A stretch of 64,000 nt of DNA from Camelus dromedarius (Eukaryota): the NCBI RefSeq assembly GCF_036321535.1, contig NC_087437.1, positions 7,192,001 to 7,256,000 of the forward strand, in the 5' to 3' direction. The translations under genes were made by a program, and so were the position numbers. Under the pieces are notes generated by a model. It was not told the DNA's origin, did not search any database, and was given only the letters and a program-made list of their open reading frames with translations. Shown here one piece after another: positions 49,701 through 61,608 of the stretch. Positions within the stretch are counted from its first letter, which is position 1; each line of letters opens with the position of its first letter.

Positions 49701-50059
49701 ATACCTGAGGGATTGTGCAATTTCAAACCTCTGAGCTATAGAGATATATATATATATAAATAAAATCCTTCACCCCAGTCTCTTGTAAAATGTTGAACTG
49801 TGGAGCATACTTGTTAACATTTCCAGAACAACAAGATGGGAGAAAAATCTTCAGGCATCGGGGACCAGGAGATCTTGGGAAGGCAACTAACAATGGGAAG
49901 ATAATGTAGGTCCTAGGATTAAAGTCTCATATTGTGAATTTTGTTATCCATTCCCCTGCCTAGCTTTTAAATGTTGACTGTTAGGTAATCATTCCCTTAT
50001 AACTACATATGTTTCTCAAAGGTAATTTCTTAAAACCATAATAGAAAAATAGACATTGT

Positions 50060-50315
50060 AACAGTAATAGAAACAACTGACATTTATTAAGGTTTTCCTA
50101 CACGTGGAGCGCAGTGCTAAACATTCCTTACGTTTTCACTCATTCGATCCTCGCAACAAGTTTATGAGGTAAAGATTATTATTGCCCCCATTTTGCAGGT
50201 GAGAAGACTGAGGCACAGAGAGGGTTAAGACAGTTGTACAGCCAAGGAAGGGATGGCAGGACTGGTACTCAACCCGGGCAACCAGTCCCTGGAACTCATG
50301 TCCTCAGTCACCAGC
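50060..50315 (-). mobile_element. MIR SINE, near full length
   Basis: GACATTTATTAAG...GATCCTCGCAACAAGTTTATGAGGT...CCCCATTTTGCAGGTGAGAAGACTGAGGCACAGAGAGGGTTAAG. Confidence 0.88.
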
Positions 50316-50504
50316 TTGGGTCTTTGTAAAGCCCACTGTGTTTTTCCCATAAGAGCAAAGACATCGCTGATTGGTGTATTCCTGACCAAGAGCTCAGCCT
50401 CAAAGAAAAATAAATGACAGAACTACTGTTAAAAAAGTGAAGGTATAACTAAATGAGTCTCTTCCCAGTAGAAATAGTTACTAGTTGATCTGAGATCACA
50501 GAAA

Positions 50505-50648
50505 GCAGTTCCCAAACGCTGGACTGTAGAAATGGACCCTAGTCCTGGGGCTAATCACTGGGTCCAAGGTCAAGCATGAGAATCTTTATTTCTAACGTTT
50601 CTCCAGGTGATTCGAAAGCACATACACCTTAGGAGATCACCAACCTTA
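50505..50648. mobile_element. MER5-like hAT MITE
   Basis: CAGTTCCCAAAC...GAATCTTTATTTCTAACGTTTCTCCAGGTGATTC...GAGATCAC. Confidence 0.65.
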
Positions 50649-50654
50649 GTTTTA

Positions 50655-51300
50655 TATTCAATTCTTATTGAGCATCTACTACTTGTTGGTTAAACAGAGA
50701 TTTTAAAAAAAAAAGCAGCCATAACTTTAAGGTGCTCAAAAATCTAGGTTTGTGTAGGTGGGCAGAGATAGGAAAGTATACAACTATACTACAGTACAAC
50801 AAACTTCTCTGACCAAGTAAAGGGAGTGCTAAGGATTCCAAGAGAGGGAAAGGGGCGAGGAGAATCTTAAAATGCTTTGCAGGGAGATGACCTTTAGGCT
50901 GAATTATCTGAAAAAGACAAGGATGAGTCACTTAAAAAAGGACGATGGAGGAAGAAGGGCAGGGAGGCATTTTTTGGACCCAAGGACGTATGTTCATTCA
51001 ACAACCACGACAACTTACTGCACATTTGCCCTGGGCTAGGAATTGATTCACATGATGGACAAAGGACATGCACAAAAGAGCACAGAGGTAAGAGCATGTG
51101 GCCCATTCAGGGAACTAGAGTGGCCCATTGTGTTGAGGGGTCACAGTAAAGGGTGGCCTGCTGGGCAAGGTCCAGGCTTGCAGTTCCAGAGAAGCACATC
51201 TCCAAGATGGAGATTAGCAAGCAGGTGGTTTACGAGGGTGGGCCCCAGAGATCACCACGCATGGAACACAAGATGAGGAAAGTAGGCTTGTGCAGGCAGT
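50655..51300 (-). mobile_element. L2 LINE remnant
   Basis: TATTGAGCATCTACTA...GAGATGACCTTTAGGCTGAAT...ACATGCACAAAAGAGCACAGAGG. Confidence 0.6.
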
Positions 51301-52999
51301 CTGTTGCTCAGAATTATGTAGAGCTATAAGTAAAATCACCCCAAACGAGTTCTCTATTCACAACCAGAACACTGATCTTATTGCTAATATTAATGACAAT
51401 TATACAGGATATTGCTTGCAAAAGTACTTTTATCTTAATGCACTCATTATGCCCTTAATATATTCTTAAGAGCCAGCTGGAAAGAAAATTAGTTCCATTT
51501 TGCAGAGGGACAAATTGAGGCAAAGCAATGTTAAGTGTGTCACTTGGCCTGATTTTTTCAGGTTGAGGGGTGACCCGCCCTCCTCAGAACACCGGTAGTT
51601 CTTCCTTGCGGTCTTGGACAGTTTTCTTTGGTGTGTATGCGTGTCATTCTTCACCATCAAGTGGTAAATCTTTTTAGAGCAAGAGTGTTGTGCCTCTGAC
51701 ACCTCTGCATCCCACAGTTTCCTGCGGCCCTTGCCTGTCTCCAGTGCTCACTTGGCAAGCTGACCGTGTGAAGGAGATGAGTGAATTGTACAAAACACTG
51801 CTGGACTTCAGCCATAGAGCTAGGTACACGCTTGGTTATCTGCCTGCCAGATGAGTCTTCATTCCTAGACTCCTCTGTGATTCAAAGTATAGTCTGTAAT
51901 CCAGCAGTGATGCAGACTGCCACCCCCAGCCCTCCAGGACCTACTCAGTCAGCAGCTGCATTTTCACAAGATCCCCAGGTAATTCCCACACACGTGAATG
52001 CTTGAGAAGCATGGCTCTGGACAAGACTTCCTCACTTTCAAAAGTACTGAGTTCTTGACCTCGAATAAATGTACCTTGACTGGCCTTCATTGTCTGTGGT
52101 TTACCTGCAAGGTTCGCCCACGACCCAAGGACGATCGAAGAGGGTCACACACGACAGCCGTCTAAGGAAACTGACATGAAACAAACCAGTTGTGGAACTC
52201 AGTATTTCCTTAAAACAACACTAATGGTCATAATAATAAGCATAATATGGAGAGAGAACATTTACTGAGACGCTATATGGCAGGTACCGTCCTAAGTAAT
52301 TATATTTATCTCATTTACTGTACGCCTGGTACTTTTCTAAATATATATACGTATATTATATTGCAAAATCTCGTTTATTATCATTTTTCCTTTGCTTCTC
52401 ATTTATCCTTAAATGAGACTTTACACACACACAGCCCTAGGGGTCAAGTCCTGCCGTTGTTTCCACATCACAAATGCAGGATGAAGGACGCTGGGCTCCC
52501 AGATCCCATGACTGGAGTGTGGAGAGGCCTGAACTCACACCCACGCAGTCTGGCTCTTAACCACCAGCTGAAACAGGCTTAGAATGACCTTGGCCTGTAG
52601 GTGTACTTTTCCCTGGGTTCCTGACGTCTACAATGGTGAAAGCTTTGGCAAGACAATCCTGAGTCGTAGAAGAAGGTGGCGGGGGCGGGGAGGACAAGCC
52701 AGGAGAGGTAGCGAGTTCACTCCACGTGGAATTTTGGGCCCCGGATCTTTGATTCAATCTGGGCCTGGGTGTCCAACCTCCAGCACCCACCTCCCACAAT
52801 TCCAGCTACAGCTAATTTCCTTAAATTCCTATACTTAGCTTAACGATTCCATTCCATCGTCTTGCGTCTCCCTCCCCCTTGACCCCTCGTGTTTCTGTAT
52901 CTCTAGAAAACTAATAAAACCTCGAACAGGAAATATAAAATCACCATGAAACCAAAACCAAACCTGCAGCAAGACCTCGGAGGGCCCCGTGCAATCAGA

Positions 53000-53400
53000 A
53001 CTGTGTGAAGCTATCTTCTGGGAGCTGTAAACCTAATAGCTCGCTCTGTGCGAGGCCAGCTGCAGGGCTCCGGGGACAGATCTGCCCCTTGTTGGAAAAC
53101 AGGAGGGCTTGTAAAATTATTTTCACAAAAAATTTTTTTCTTTAATATTTTCCCAGCTACCTCAGGCACACTTCTTCCCCTCTGCCCTATTTAGCTAAAT
53201 GACTGGTGTTTGGGAGGAGCCATGAGGAAGGCCTCGTGATTTTTTTTCCTCCCGTTTATGATTATTGATAAATAACAAATTATTCTAATAATTACGATTC
53301 TATTTCTCAATAGGTCACTTAAAAGAAATTTTTTAACTGAGGGATTTACTTTCTTCTTCGTTTTATTTGTAATGTGTGTGTGTGTGGGGGGGGTCATCTA
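53000..53400. promoter_or_regulatory. Candidate conserved enhancer
   Basis: Repeat-free; TTTATGA, TGATAAAT at 53266, TAATAATTACG and the palindrome ATTTAGCTAAAT at 53189-53200. Confidence 0.35.
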
Positions 53401-54693
53401 GGTTTGTGGCCTTAATTTTGCTGCAGGAATATTCTTTTGCTCCCAAGGACATTGCTACTGTTTTGTCCTGCTGTGGCCTCTCTCATCTCATACAGACATG
53501 GCTCCGCCCTAGCTCTTCTCTCTTGCCCACAGACCCACAAAAGCCCTTTCTCCTCTGAACCTGCGTTCCAGCACAATTCTCTGTGCTTCTGGATACGTGG
53601 ATTATCTTTTGATGTGTGTCCCTAAGCCTCTTGTCCTGTTCCAAGGGATTGGGTGTTCCTTTCCTTTGGCCTGGGTTTCCATTCCCTGAGGCTTGAAAGC
53701 TTTGGAATCAGCCATAGCCAAGTTCGAGTCTTGCTTCAGTGATGATTCCAACTATCAAATAGCTTTGAATGAATGGTTGCACCTTTCTCACACTCAGTCC
53801 CCTCGATCATAAAATGCATTCAACAGCAGGCACCATCTTAATAAGTATTGACCAGGTGATCAGTCTCTGTCCACATGGTAACTTACTTTGTCCTCCCATA
53901 ATCCTTTAAGGGAGGTGCGGTCAACATCCTGTTTTATGGGTGGAGAGAGGGGAAGACAAAATCATGGTCAAGGTCATAGATATAGACCTGGAATTCACTC
54001 ATGGGTGTTATGACCTGCAAGTTCTTGCTTTTAATTACCCTGTGATGAAATCTTCCAAAATGTAGGGTTACTGTGAAGAGTAATGAACGAATACCGATCT
54101 CCCTGCAGGCCAGTCCCTGGCTCCGAGAGAGTGAGTAGTAAATGCTGTTCTTCCTTCATGTAGACACTCAGGTTTATAATCAGTGTCTCTTCTTGGTTCA
54201 CTCCAACACGGAGACTTAGTGCGATTTGTTGCCTTTGTAGAAAGCTTGCTTGGTTATTCTGTAAGGTCTGTTGTCCTAAGACCGTAACCTTCAACCGTCA
54301 CGTTAAATACCACACACCAACACGGGGTTATGTGTGCACATGGAGGCGTCTTTTCTGAGACAAGATTAAAGCTTGTCACAAGTGTTTTGTCTTCAGAAGA
54401 TGGAGAAGGGGTAAGCACCAAGGGACGGCGGAGGCAGTGCAGACAGGGGCTCTCAATGTGTGTTCAGTGTTCACTCTAACTCCCTCCTGATCACTTCTGC
54501 GGTTCCTGATCTGCACAACTAACTTCCTTATGGATCCAGAGTGAAACAAAGCAGAAGAGGAAGTAGACAAGAATTCGATTAAAATGACCATTGCCAGATG
54601 TTTGAGTGCACTAAAAATGTAGCAAGGTAGATTCAGGTCTCCAGAATGGTATTGTACCTCACAGTCAGCAACTGAAGTCCTGTGTCCCCGGAC

Positions 54694-54872
54694 TAGTGGT
54701 TCTCAAAGTGTGTGCCTTTGTTCCAGCAGCAGCTTTATCACCTGGGAAATTGTCAGAGTGCTCTTTCTTGACTCCATCCTATACCTACTGAATCTCAGAC
54801 TGCGAGAGGCTTCTGTTTCTACAAGCCATCTTGTAATCAGGTTCTGATGTGAACTCAAGTTCAATCATCATT
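54694..54872. mobile_element. MER5A hAT MITE
   Basis: TAGTGGTTCTCAAAGTGTG...CCAGCAGCAGC...ATCACCTGGGAAATTG...ACCTACTGAATC. Confidence 0.85.
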
Positions 54873-54882
54873 TCAGGAGACA

Positions 54883-55103
54883 AAGGGTGTCATTGTCAAA
54901 CCACAGCTGCAAGCTAAATGCAGCCCACTCCCTGCTTTTAGAAAGAAGGTTTCAGTGGGACACAGCCACACCTATTCATTGACTCATTGCCTTTGCCTGC
55001 TTTCAGGCAGCCTTGAGTTGTCGCCACGGAGACTCGATGACCTACAAAGCTGAAAATATTTACTAATCTCTAGCCCTTTTTGGGAAAAGTTTTCTAGCCC
55101 CTG
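54883..55103. mobile_element. MER58A-like hAT MITE
   Basis: GGACACAGCCACACCTATTCATT...CCTACAAAGCTGAAAATATTTACTA...GAAAAGTTT...GCCCCTG. Confidence 0.8.
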
Positions 55104-55129
55104 GCCTAGAGAATTATAGGAACCGAGGC

Positions 55130-55335
55130 TTCCAAATCAAACACTTGGAAGTGGCTCATCCCCATATGTGCTTTGTGACTTGGGAAAATTTCCTTCTGAG
55201 CTTTAGTTTTTGCCTCAAAATGAAGTAAGAATATTCTAACCACCTTGTAAATTGTGATGTATAGTTAATCTAAGAAAAGCTGTCAGCAGAATTCCTGACA
55301 CTTAATAATCACTGAATGAGTGGTAGTTATTATTT
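55130..55335 (+). mobile_element. MIR SINE
   Basis: TTTGTGACTTGGGAAAA...TCTGAGCTTTAGTTT...AAAATG...GGTAGTTATTATT. Confidence 0.65.
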
Positions 55336-55919
55336 TTGAAGCAATACTAGATAAAATTTACTAATTGGTTAGTTTATACTTGAGTCTGAACAAATGTAGG
55401 GAAAAAATACCAAACTAAGCTCATAGTTTGGTGGAAAACAAAGAAAAATTGAGGCCTGCAATGCTACAACAGGAAATACAAGTTTTCAAAGTTATGAGAT
55501 ATGCTTAGGTTTCCACTTTGATTTTAAAATGTATTTGTATACTTAACGTCTTTAGACTTGAGCAGGGCCCATTAATAAACAGTCATCTCTTAATGCTTTA
55601 GAGTTTTACAAGTATTAGTCAATGCTTTCATTTATTTTGAGTGTGAATATAAAGAAAAATACTTTTGGAAAAGGGATTTCAATTCAAGCACAATTTGCTT
55701 TTGACACTTTTTCTTCCCTATTATGGACGTTAAAACCTGAACTTCATGTTGATAAAAAACAAGAACTACCGGTCATATCACAATATTTACATTCATACAT
55801 GTTGCAATATATATGTGTGTACATATGTATATGTGTGCTTGAGATACATGTATTTTGTGTTAACTAAAATGATGAGGGTTAAAATTATATACCTAATGTT
55901 TCAGCTCTTTATACCTTTA

Positions 55920-56372
55920 CCTTGAGGTTGAAAACAACAACGATTTATGATTATTTATGATTCTGTGGGTTGGCTGAGCTCAACTGGGCAGTTTTCTATA
56001 CCACGTGCAGTAACTAAGGTCACTTATTAGGCTGCCTTCAACTGGAAGATCTTCTGGGGGCTGGGACTCCCAGGACAGGTTCTCCTCCTCCAGGGCCCCT
56101 CTCTTCATGGCCTGTCATCAGTCAGTGGTGAGACCGAGCTGCCTTTAACATGGCCGTGGGCTTCCAAGGTGGGACGTTCCAAGAAGACAAGACTCAACGT
56201 GTAAGCACTTCTAAAACCTCTGCTCCCACCGAAGTTGCTAAGGTCCCATTGGTCAAGGCCACTCACATATCCAATGACAGGGTCACTATGTAAAGAGTAT
56301 GAATAAACAAGGGCATGAATTCTAGGAGACTTGCTTACTGGGGACACCGATGCCCTAGACAACCACTACCAA
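55920..56372 (-). mobile_element. MLT1F/H-like MaLR LTR
   Basis: TTGAAAACAACAACGATTTAT...GATTCTGTGGGTTGGCTGAGCTCAACTGGGCAGTT...GTCCCATTGGTCAAGGC...CACTACCA. Confidence 0.75.
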
Positions 56373-59300
56373 TACATTCTGAATAATGAGAATTCAGTGG
56401 ATCTGGAAGACACAATGATTGACTAGACTGTTTCCAGTGTTGTGGGTACCAGAGAAAGGCTGTGACAATTATTTATTTCAACATGTGTCTGGAATCCATT
56501 AGAGAAGACAAATTTGCTTCTGAATGTTTGTCTAAGGACCTAGGAGGTTTAAAGAACCAAAGCACAAAAGGAAGAACTTCTATTTTCCATTACCCTACAT
56601 CCTCATTGAGGGAGTTTTGAGCACAAAATGCAGGACAGATGTTTTGGATTAGCTTACCACACCACACCAGGCAGCTGGAGTTTGGAGTGAAGTCTTATAA
56701 CACACAGATTATGCCAGATTTTTCTGAGATGAGTCAAAAGCCAGATTCTGGTAATGAGATATCAAGGTAGCATTTGGCTAGTATCATTGGCAAAGCTAAA
56801 AAAAAAAAAAAAAAAAAGGAAATACCTCCACCCAAACTAATAAACAGAGTATAAATCTGATTTAATGTTACAGTGACAGCTGATTTTTAATCCATGGATT
56901 AAATCCCTGATTCCTTATCATTTGTGCTGAATGTTTTAAGAGATTTACACCCTTTTTTTTTTCCCCAAATGATACTGGACTCCATTAAGATTATAGGCTA
57001 TTCAAGGTAATAAAAGCAGTATGAAAATAGGAAAATAGATAAGAATATGGCATTGTCTCCTGGAAAGGACCAAATGATTTGAATGAGTTCAATGTTATTA
57101 TAAAGCCTTCTGGAAAGCAAACCCAACTTGAGTAGAGATTTCCTCTGAGGCTCTTGAGGGGATCTGCTTAGATATCCTTGGGTAAGAAATGCTCTTTTCT
57201 CTCTGGGATACCATCCTCTCTGAATAAATACAGAACTTCAGGATGTTAGCCAACCTGGGTAACTGAAGAAACCCTGGTGATCAGTGGAGTGATTGATGGG
57301 TTTCTGGATTATTCTCACTTCTGTACAATCTTGGCTTCGTGTCTATGGTAAGAGGCTGTCCTTAGATTTTATCATATTTTTTGGCTTGAACATAAGCTAA
57401 CAATAAATGCAAGTGGATATTTAATAACTGATATATTTGGAGAGAAGATGATGGTGTCATAACACTGCATTTGTGAAGACAGAGAAGAACTCATGGAGGT
57501 CGTGTGATAGATTTAATTCATTCACTCACTCAAAGAGCAATTTGAGTGCCTCCTGTATGCCCATCCTGGAAACTTCAAGGCCTCTTCTCTTCTTACAGAG
57601 AAACAGGTTAGGGGTTTCTGGATTAGGGAGAGGGTTTGGGGTGAGGGGAGCAGAAAATTTTTGTGAATCCCCTAAATTGTTTCCAAAATTTCTGAATCAT
57701 TGTTATTCTTTCCATAGTTCTTGCTAGATTCTCAAAGAAACTCAAAGATCCCCAAATGTTAGAGCCAGTAGAGCACCATGGATGACCAAAATCATGACTC
57801 TTTGTGCTAAAGCCCATTTTCTAGCTTATTTTTCGAATGAGAAAAACCAGACCCAGAAGGCTGACATGAGTGCTTTGTTCAAAGATCACTCATCTGGTTG
57901 CTGATAGAGTTCAGTTTAAATCTCAGTAGGGTTCACTACTTGGGTGGTTTCACTGGAAATGATGACTGTAGTTTATCCAAATGTCTTAATTGAAAGAAAT
58001 ATCCCAAAACACAGAATGGAATTCCAACTCCAGCCGTGAAGAGGTGTTATCTTAGCAAGGAATAGAACTTTCTCCCTGGTTCCACAGACAAAGAACAGGG
58101 GTGGGAAAGAGGACTCCTTGCTTGGCTAAGGGCCTTGAGAAGTGTGGAGAGGAGTCTCAGTGAACTGACGGCCCAGGTAGAGCAAGGTATTCCAGCCACT
58201 GACCTCTGTGACATGGCAGCTGGGAGAAGATTGTGCCTTTCCTTTTCTAAGTTTCTCTCTCCTGGTGCAGTCCATTGGATTCCATTGGTTAGAAAATGAT
58301 CCACAATGTTAGAATATTTAGCAGACACCAAGCATGTTAAATCAGAGAATTCTGTACAATCCTTTTGGAGACTTCTGGAGGACCTCAGGAGGAAGAGACA
58401 AGACACAGATGCACGAAGGAAGTTGCAGATTGCTTACATTCCTTGGACCACAAGAGTCAGGTGAGACAAGTGAGGGTCCAATCAAATGGAGTAGAGAGTC
58501 CAGTTGTGACTGCACTTCCAACTACACAATTGCAGTGATCCTCTTCATATGAATGATGTTATACAGAAAACAAAACCTCCTATAAATTACATAAGCCCTA
58601 GTTATAGACAGAGCAGCGTCTTGGCTCCACCATAAATTACTGTTTGGGGAAGAGTTTGGGAGAGTGCTTGCAGTTGACAGTGAGATCTACCTGGGCTATA
58701 ATGAAAGAGTTTGGATTAAGTCTGCATGCACGGGAAATCCTTGGGCACTATACAACTTTTCATTGACTGCTAACACAATCATGGTCAGCGTAAGAACTAA
58801 GTGTCCATCGCTGTGACCTCTCTTTCCTGCCTGTGGTCACTGAAAGGTGGGGAGGTAACCCAGATGAAGAATTTGTGATGTTGCTTCTCATGTGATGGCT
58901 TTTTAAGACAGGCTTCATTTATTTTTGTGGATCATGTAGATTACCCTTGTAGCCTTCTAGCCAGGAAAGCTGTCCCAGGACAGTTACTTAGCTACAAAGT
59001 CCTAAAGACCTGAATATTTACAACATCTCTTTCAAAACATTCAACTTCTCTAGTCAGAGGTCCACCTCCAGCCAGTACAGATTCTTCCTTGTCCAGTGGG
59101 CAGCACAGGAGGGACAGAGGAGTTCAAGTCCAAGTTCTGTCCATGTCTGTGAGTCCACAGCAGGTTCAAGCATTACCTTCAGTTTCCTGTGTTTTTACCA
59201 CATAGAAAGACTTTGAAAAATGCGTGTTGGTTAATGCTTTGAGAAGCCTGGCTGCAAAACTGCCTAGTAGGTATAAAGTATGAATGCTCTTGGCACTGCC

Positions 59301-59624
59301 TGCTTTTACTTTCACCAACACCAGGACTGTTGAGATCAGTTAAATCCGGGGACTTCTTTTGTGGGAAAAGAAGGTGAAGTTGTAACTGCATTCTCTAGAC
59401 CCTGTTGCTCCAGGAAATTTATCCCAGGAGGACTCCTGTAGGGCAGTTTAATTAGCTCCAAGGTAGAGCAGTGGCAGAAAAATTGGGGCCAAATTGGTCC
59501 TTCACTCTGTATTAGATCATCTGGTCTGTCTGACTAACCATATACTCCAGGAAGAACAACTGGGTTGCCTCATACAGGGTAGGGTGATTCTTGGATACAG
59601 GTCAAATCCATTCATCTGTTACCC

Positions 59625-60125
59625 ATACGAAGAGTAGCCTTTCTAAAACACAAGTCGGATCCTGCCACTCCTTTGCTTAAAACTCTTTGATGAATCCACG
59701 TAACCTATAAAAGGGTGCAGTCATCTTAGGATGAAACGCAAGGCTCTCCCTTACACTAATCTATTTTTTCTAGCCTTCTCTCATCCTCTGCCGTCCCCTG
59801 TCTCCAGCCGTAATTGATAGCGTCTCTTTCTCTGAAATTGCTTCCTCTTTTCACAGCTCCTCGTTTCTCCAGTTGGAATGTCTGATGGTTCTCTACCACC
59901 ACTCAAGGGTCTCCTTTGAGAAGCACATCCTGGTGAGGCTCTTCCCAAGTAGAAAAATGTGCCCTCCTCTCTGTGATTCTTCTATCCCTCTGTACATGCC
60001 TTAGGATCGTGGACTTCTCTTAGTCCTAGTGTTGAAGCTTTGCAGGAATTGTACCATATTGTGGCCGTATCCTCAGCATTTGGTACAGTGTCTAGAACAT
60101 AGTCAGTGTTCAGTAAGGTACGATG
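59625..60125 (+). mobile_element. L2 LINE 3' fragment
   Basis: CTTTCTAAAACACAAGTCGGATCCTGCCACTCCTTTGCTTAAAACTCTT...GTATCCTCAGCATTTGGTACAGTGTCTAGAACATAGT. Confidence 0.75.
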
Positions 60126-60469
60126 AGGCAGTAACTGGATGGCTATGTGTCAGACTTTGGTAGCATTCCCATGGAGAGTGTTTCAAATGTCACATCCTTT
60201 GACTGAGCAGGAGAGATGCAGGTCAGATCTTTCTATGCAGCAACATGTAGAGAATCTCTTTTATTATAACAATGATCATTTCAGTGATATTCTTATTCCA
60301 CAGCAGCAACTCCCTTACAGAAAAGAGACTGAAGACATCTCCCACCATCAGCATCTCCCACCATTCAAAAAGTCTCACCAAATATTGAACAGTGCCCAAA
60401 GAATACTCATTTGCATGGACTCACGGGGTGCCAAGGTCTGGGACTGCAGGGTTTATGTTGAAAGGCAGC

Positions 60470-60886
60470 AGAGAGAAGTGGCTGAGATCAGGGACCGAGT
60501 GGAAATCTCACTCAGCTTTGCCACCCACTAGCTGTGTGACCTGGGGCAGGTTACATAAACTCTTTCCGCTCTAATTTCCCTACATATAAAAAAAAAATGA
60601 GGATAATGATTGTACCTACTTTATCGATATCAGGAGACAAAGAAGAAGTCTTTAACAATACCTGGCATACTGCCTACCCCAGGAAGCAATATAAAGTAAT
60701 GGCCAAAAACAAAGATTTTAGGGCAGATAGATTTGGCTTTGAATTTTTGTTTTTCCCTAGTGACTAGCAGTGAGATTCTGGACAAATTGTTCATTGCCCC
60801 TAAACCTTAGTTTGACTTCTCTGTAAGTTGGAGCTAATAATTATTCCTTTTCAGCCATTGAGTGAGATAGCTCACTGAAAGCAGTT
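60470..60886 (+). mobile_element. Two tandem MIR remnants
   Basis: CCACTAGCTGTGTGACCTGGGGCAGGTTAC and GACTAGCAGTGAGATTCTGGACAAATTG...CCTTAGTTT. Confidence 0.65.
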
Positions 60887-61105
60887 AGCAGATACTAACT
60901 ACTACGTTTAAAATAAACAGCAAGGTCCCTTGCTGTCTATAGCATAGGGAACTGTATTCAATACCTTGTAATAGCCTATAATGAAAAAGAATATGGAAAG
61001 GAATATATATATGTATATATGTATAACTGAATCACTACGCTGTACACCAGAAATTAACACATTATAAATCAACTATACTTCAATTTTTTAAAAAAGATTA
61101 AAAAG
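60887..61105 (+). mobile_element. Lineage-specific L1 3' end
   Basis: GCAGATACTAACTACT...AGGGAACTGTATTCAATACCTTGTAATAGCCTATAATGAAAAAGAATATG...CTATACTTCAAT plus A-rich tail. Confidence 0.9.
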
Positions 61106-61387
61106 AGAAAGTATTAAATATGCTGCCTCCTATTGTTTTTCTGTAAGATAGCCTCTCGACAAATATTGGAGGCTAACTCTTAATTGGGTTATTAATATAA
61201 ACCTCATTCACCATTAACTCTTTGATTAGTTCCCTCTTTTCTCCCTATCTTTACTAGGACAAATTGAGTTGAAACAAGGGGTCTTTTGCATCAACATATT
61301 GGCAATGGACCTAGAATCATGAAATGTTATACTTGTAGACCTTCAGAACGAAAAGCCATCATCAATTTTCACTGCTTTATCTTAGAC

Positions 61388-61608
61388 CAGTGGTTCCCAG
61401 CGGAGGGTGATTTTGCCTTAGCCCTCTTCCCTAGGGGACATCTGGCAATGTCTGGAGACTGTCACAACTGGTGGGTGGGGGCGCTACTGGCATCCAGTGG
61501 GTGGAGGTCACAGATGCCATCGTATATCCTACGGTGTACAGGTCAGTCCCCTAAGACAAGGGATAATCTGTCCCCAAAGGTCAATAGTGATGAGGTTGAG
61601 AAACTCCA
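61388..61608. mobile_element. MER20 hAT-Charlie MITE, near full length
   Basis: CAGTGGTTCCC...GGGGACATCTGGCAATGTCTGGAGAC...GCTACTGGCATCCAGTGGGTGGAGG...GTCAATAGTGATGAGGTTGAGAAAC. Confidence 0.9.

Noticed and set aside
57768..57790. REST/NRSE-like AGCACCATGGA
   Set aside because: Lacks both the TTC/TCA start and the CAG-containing right half, and lies at a repeat junction.
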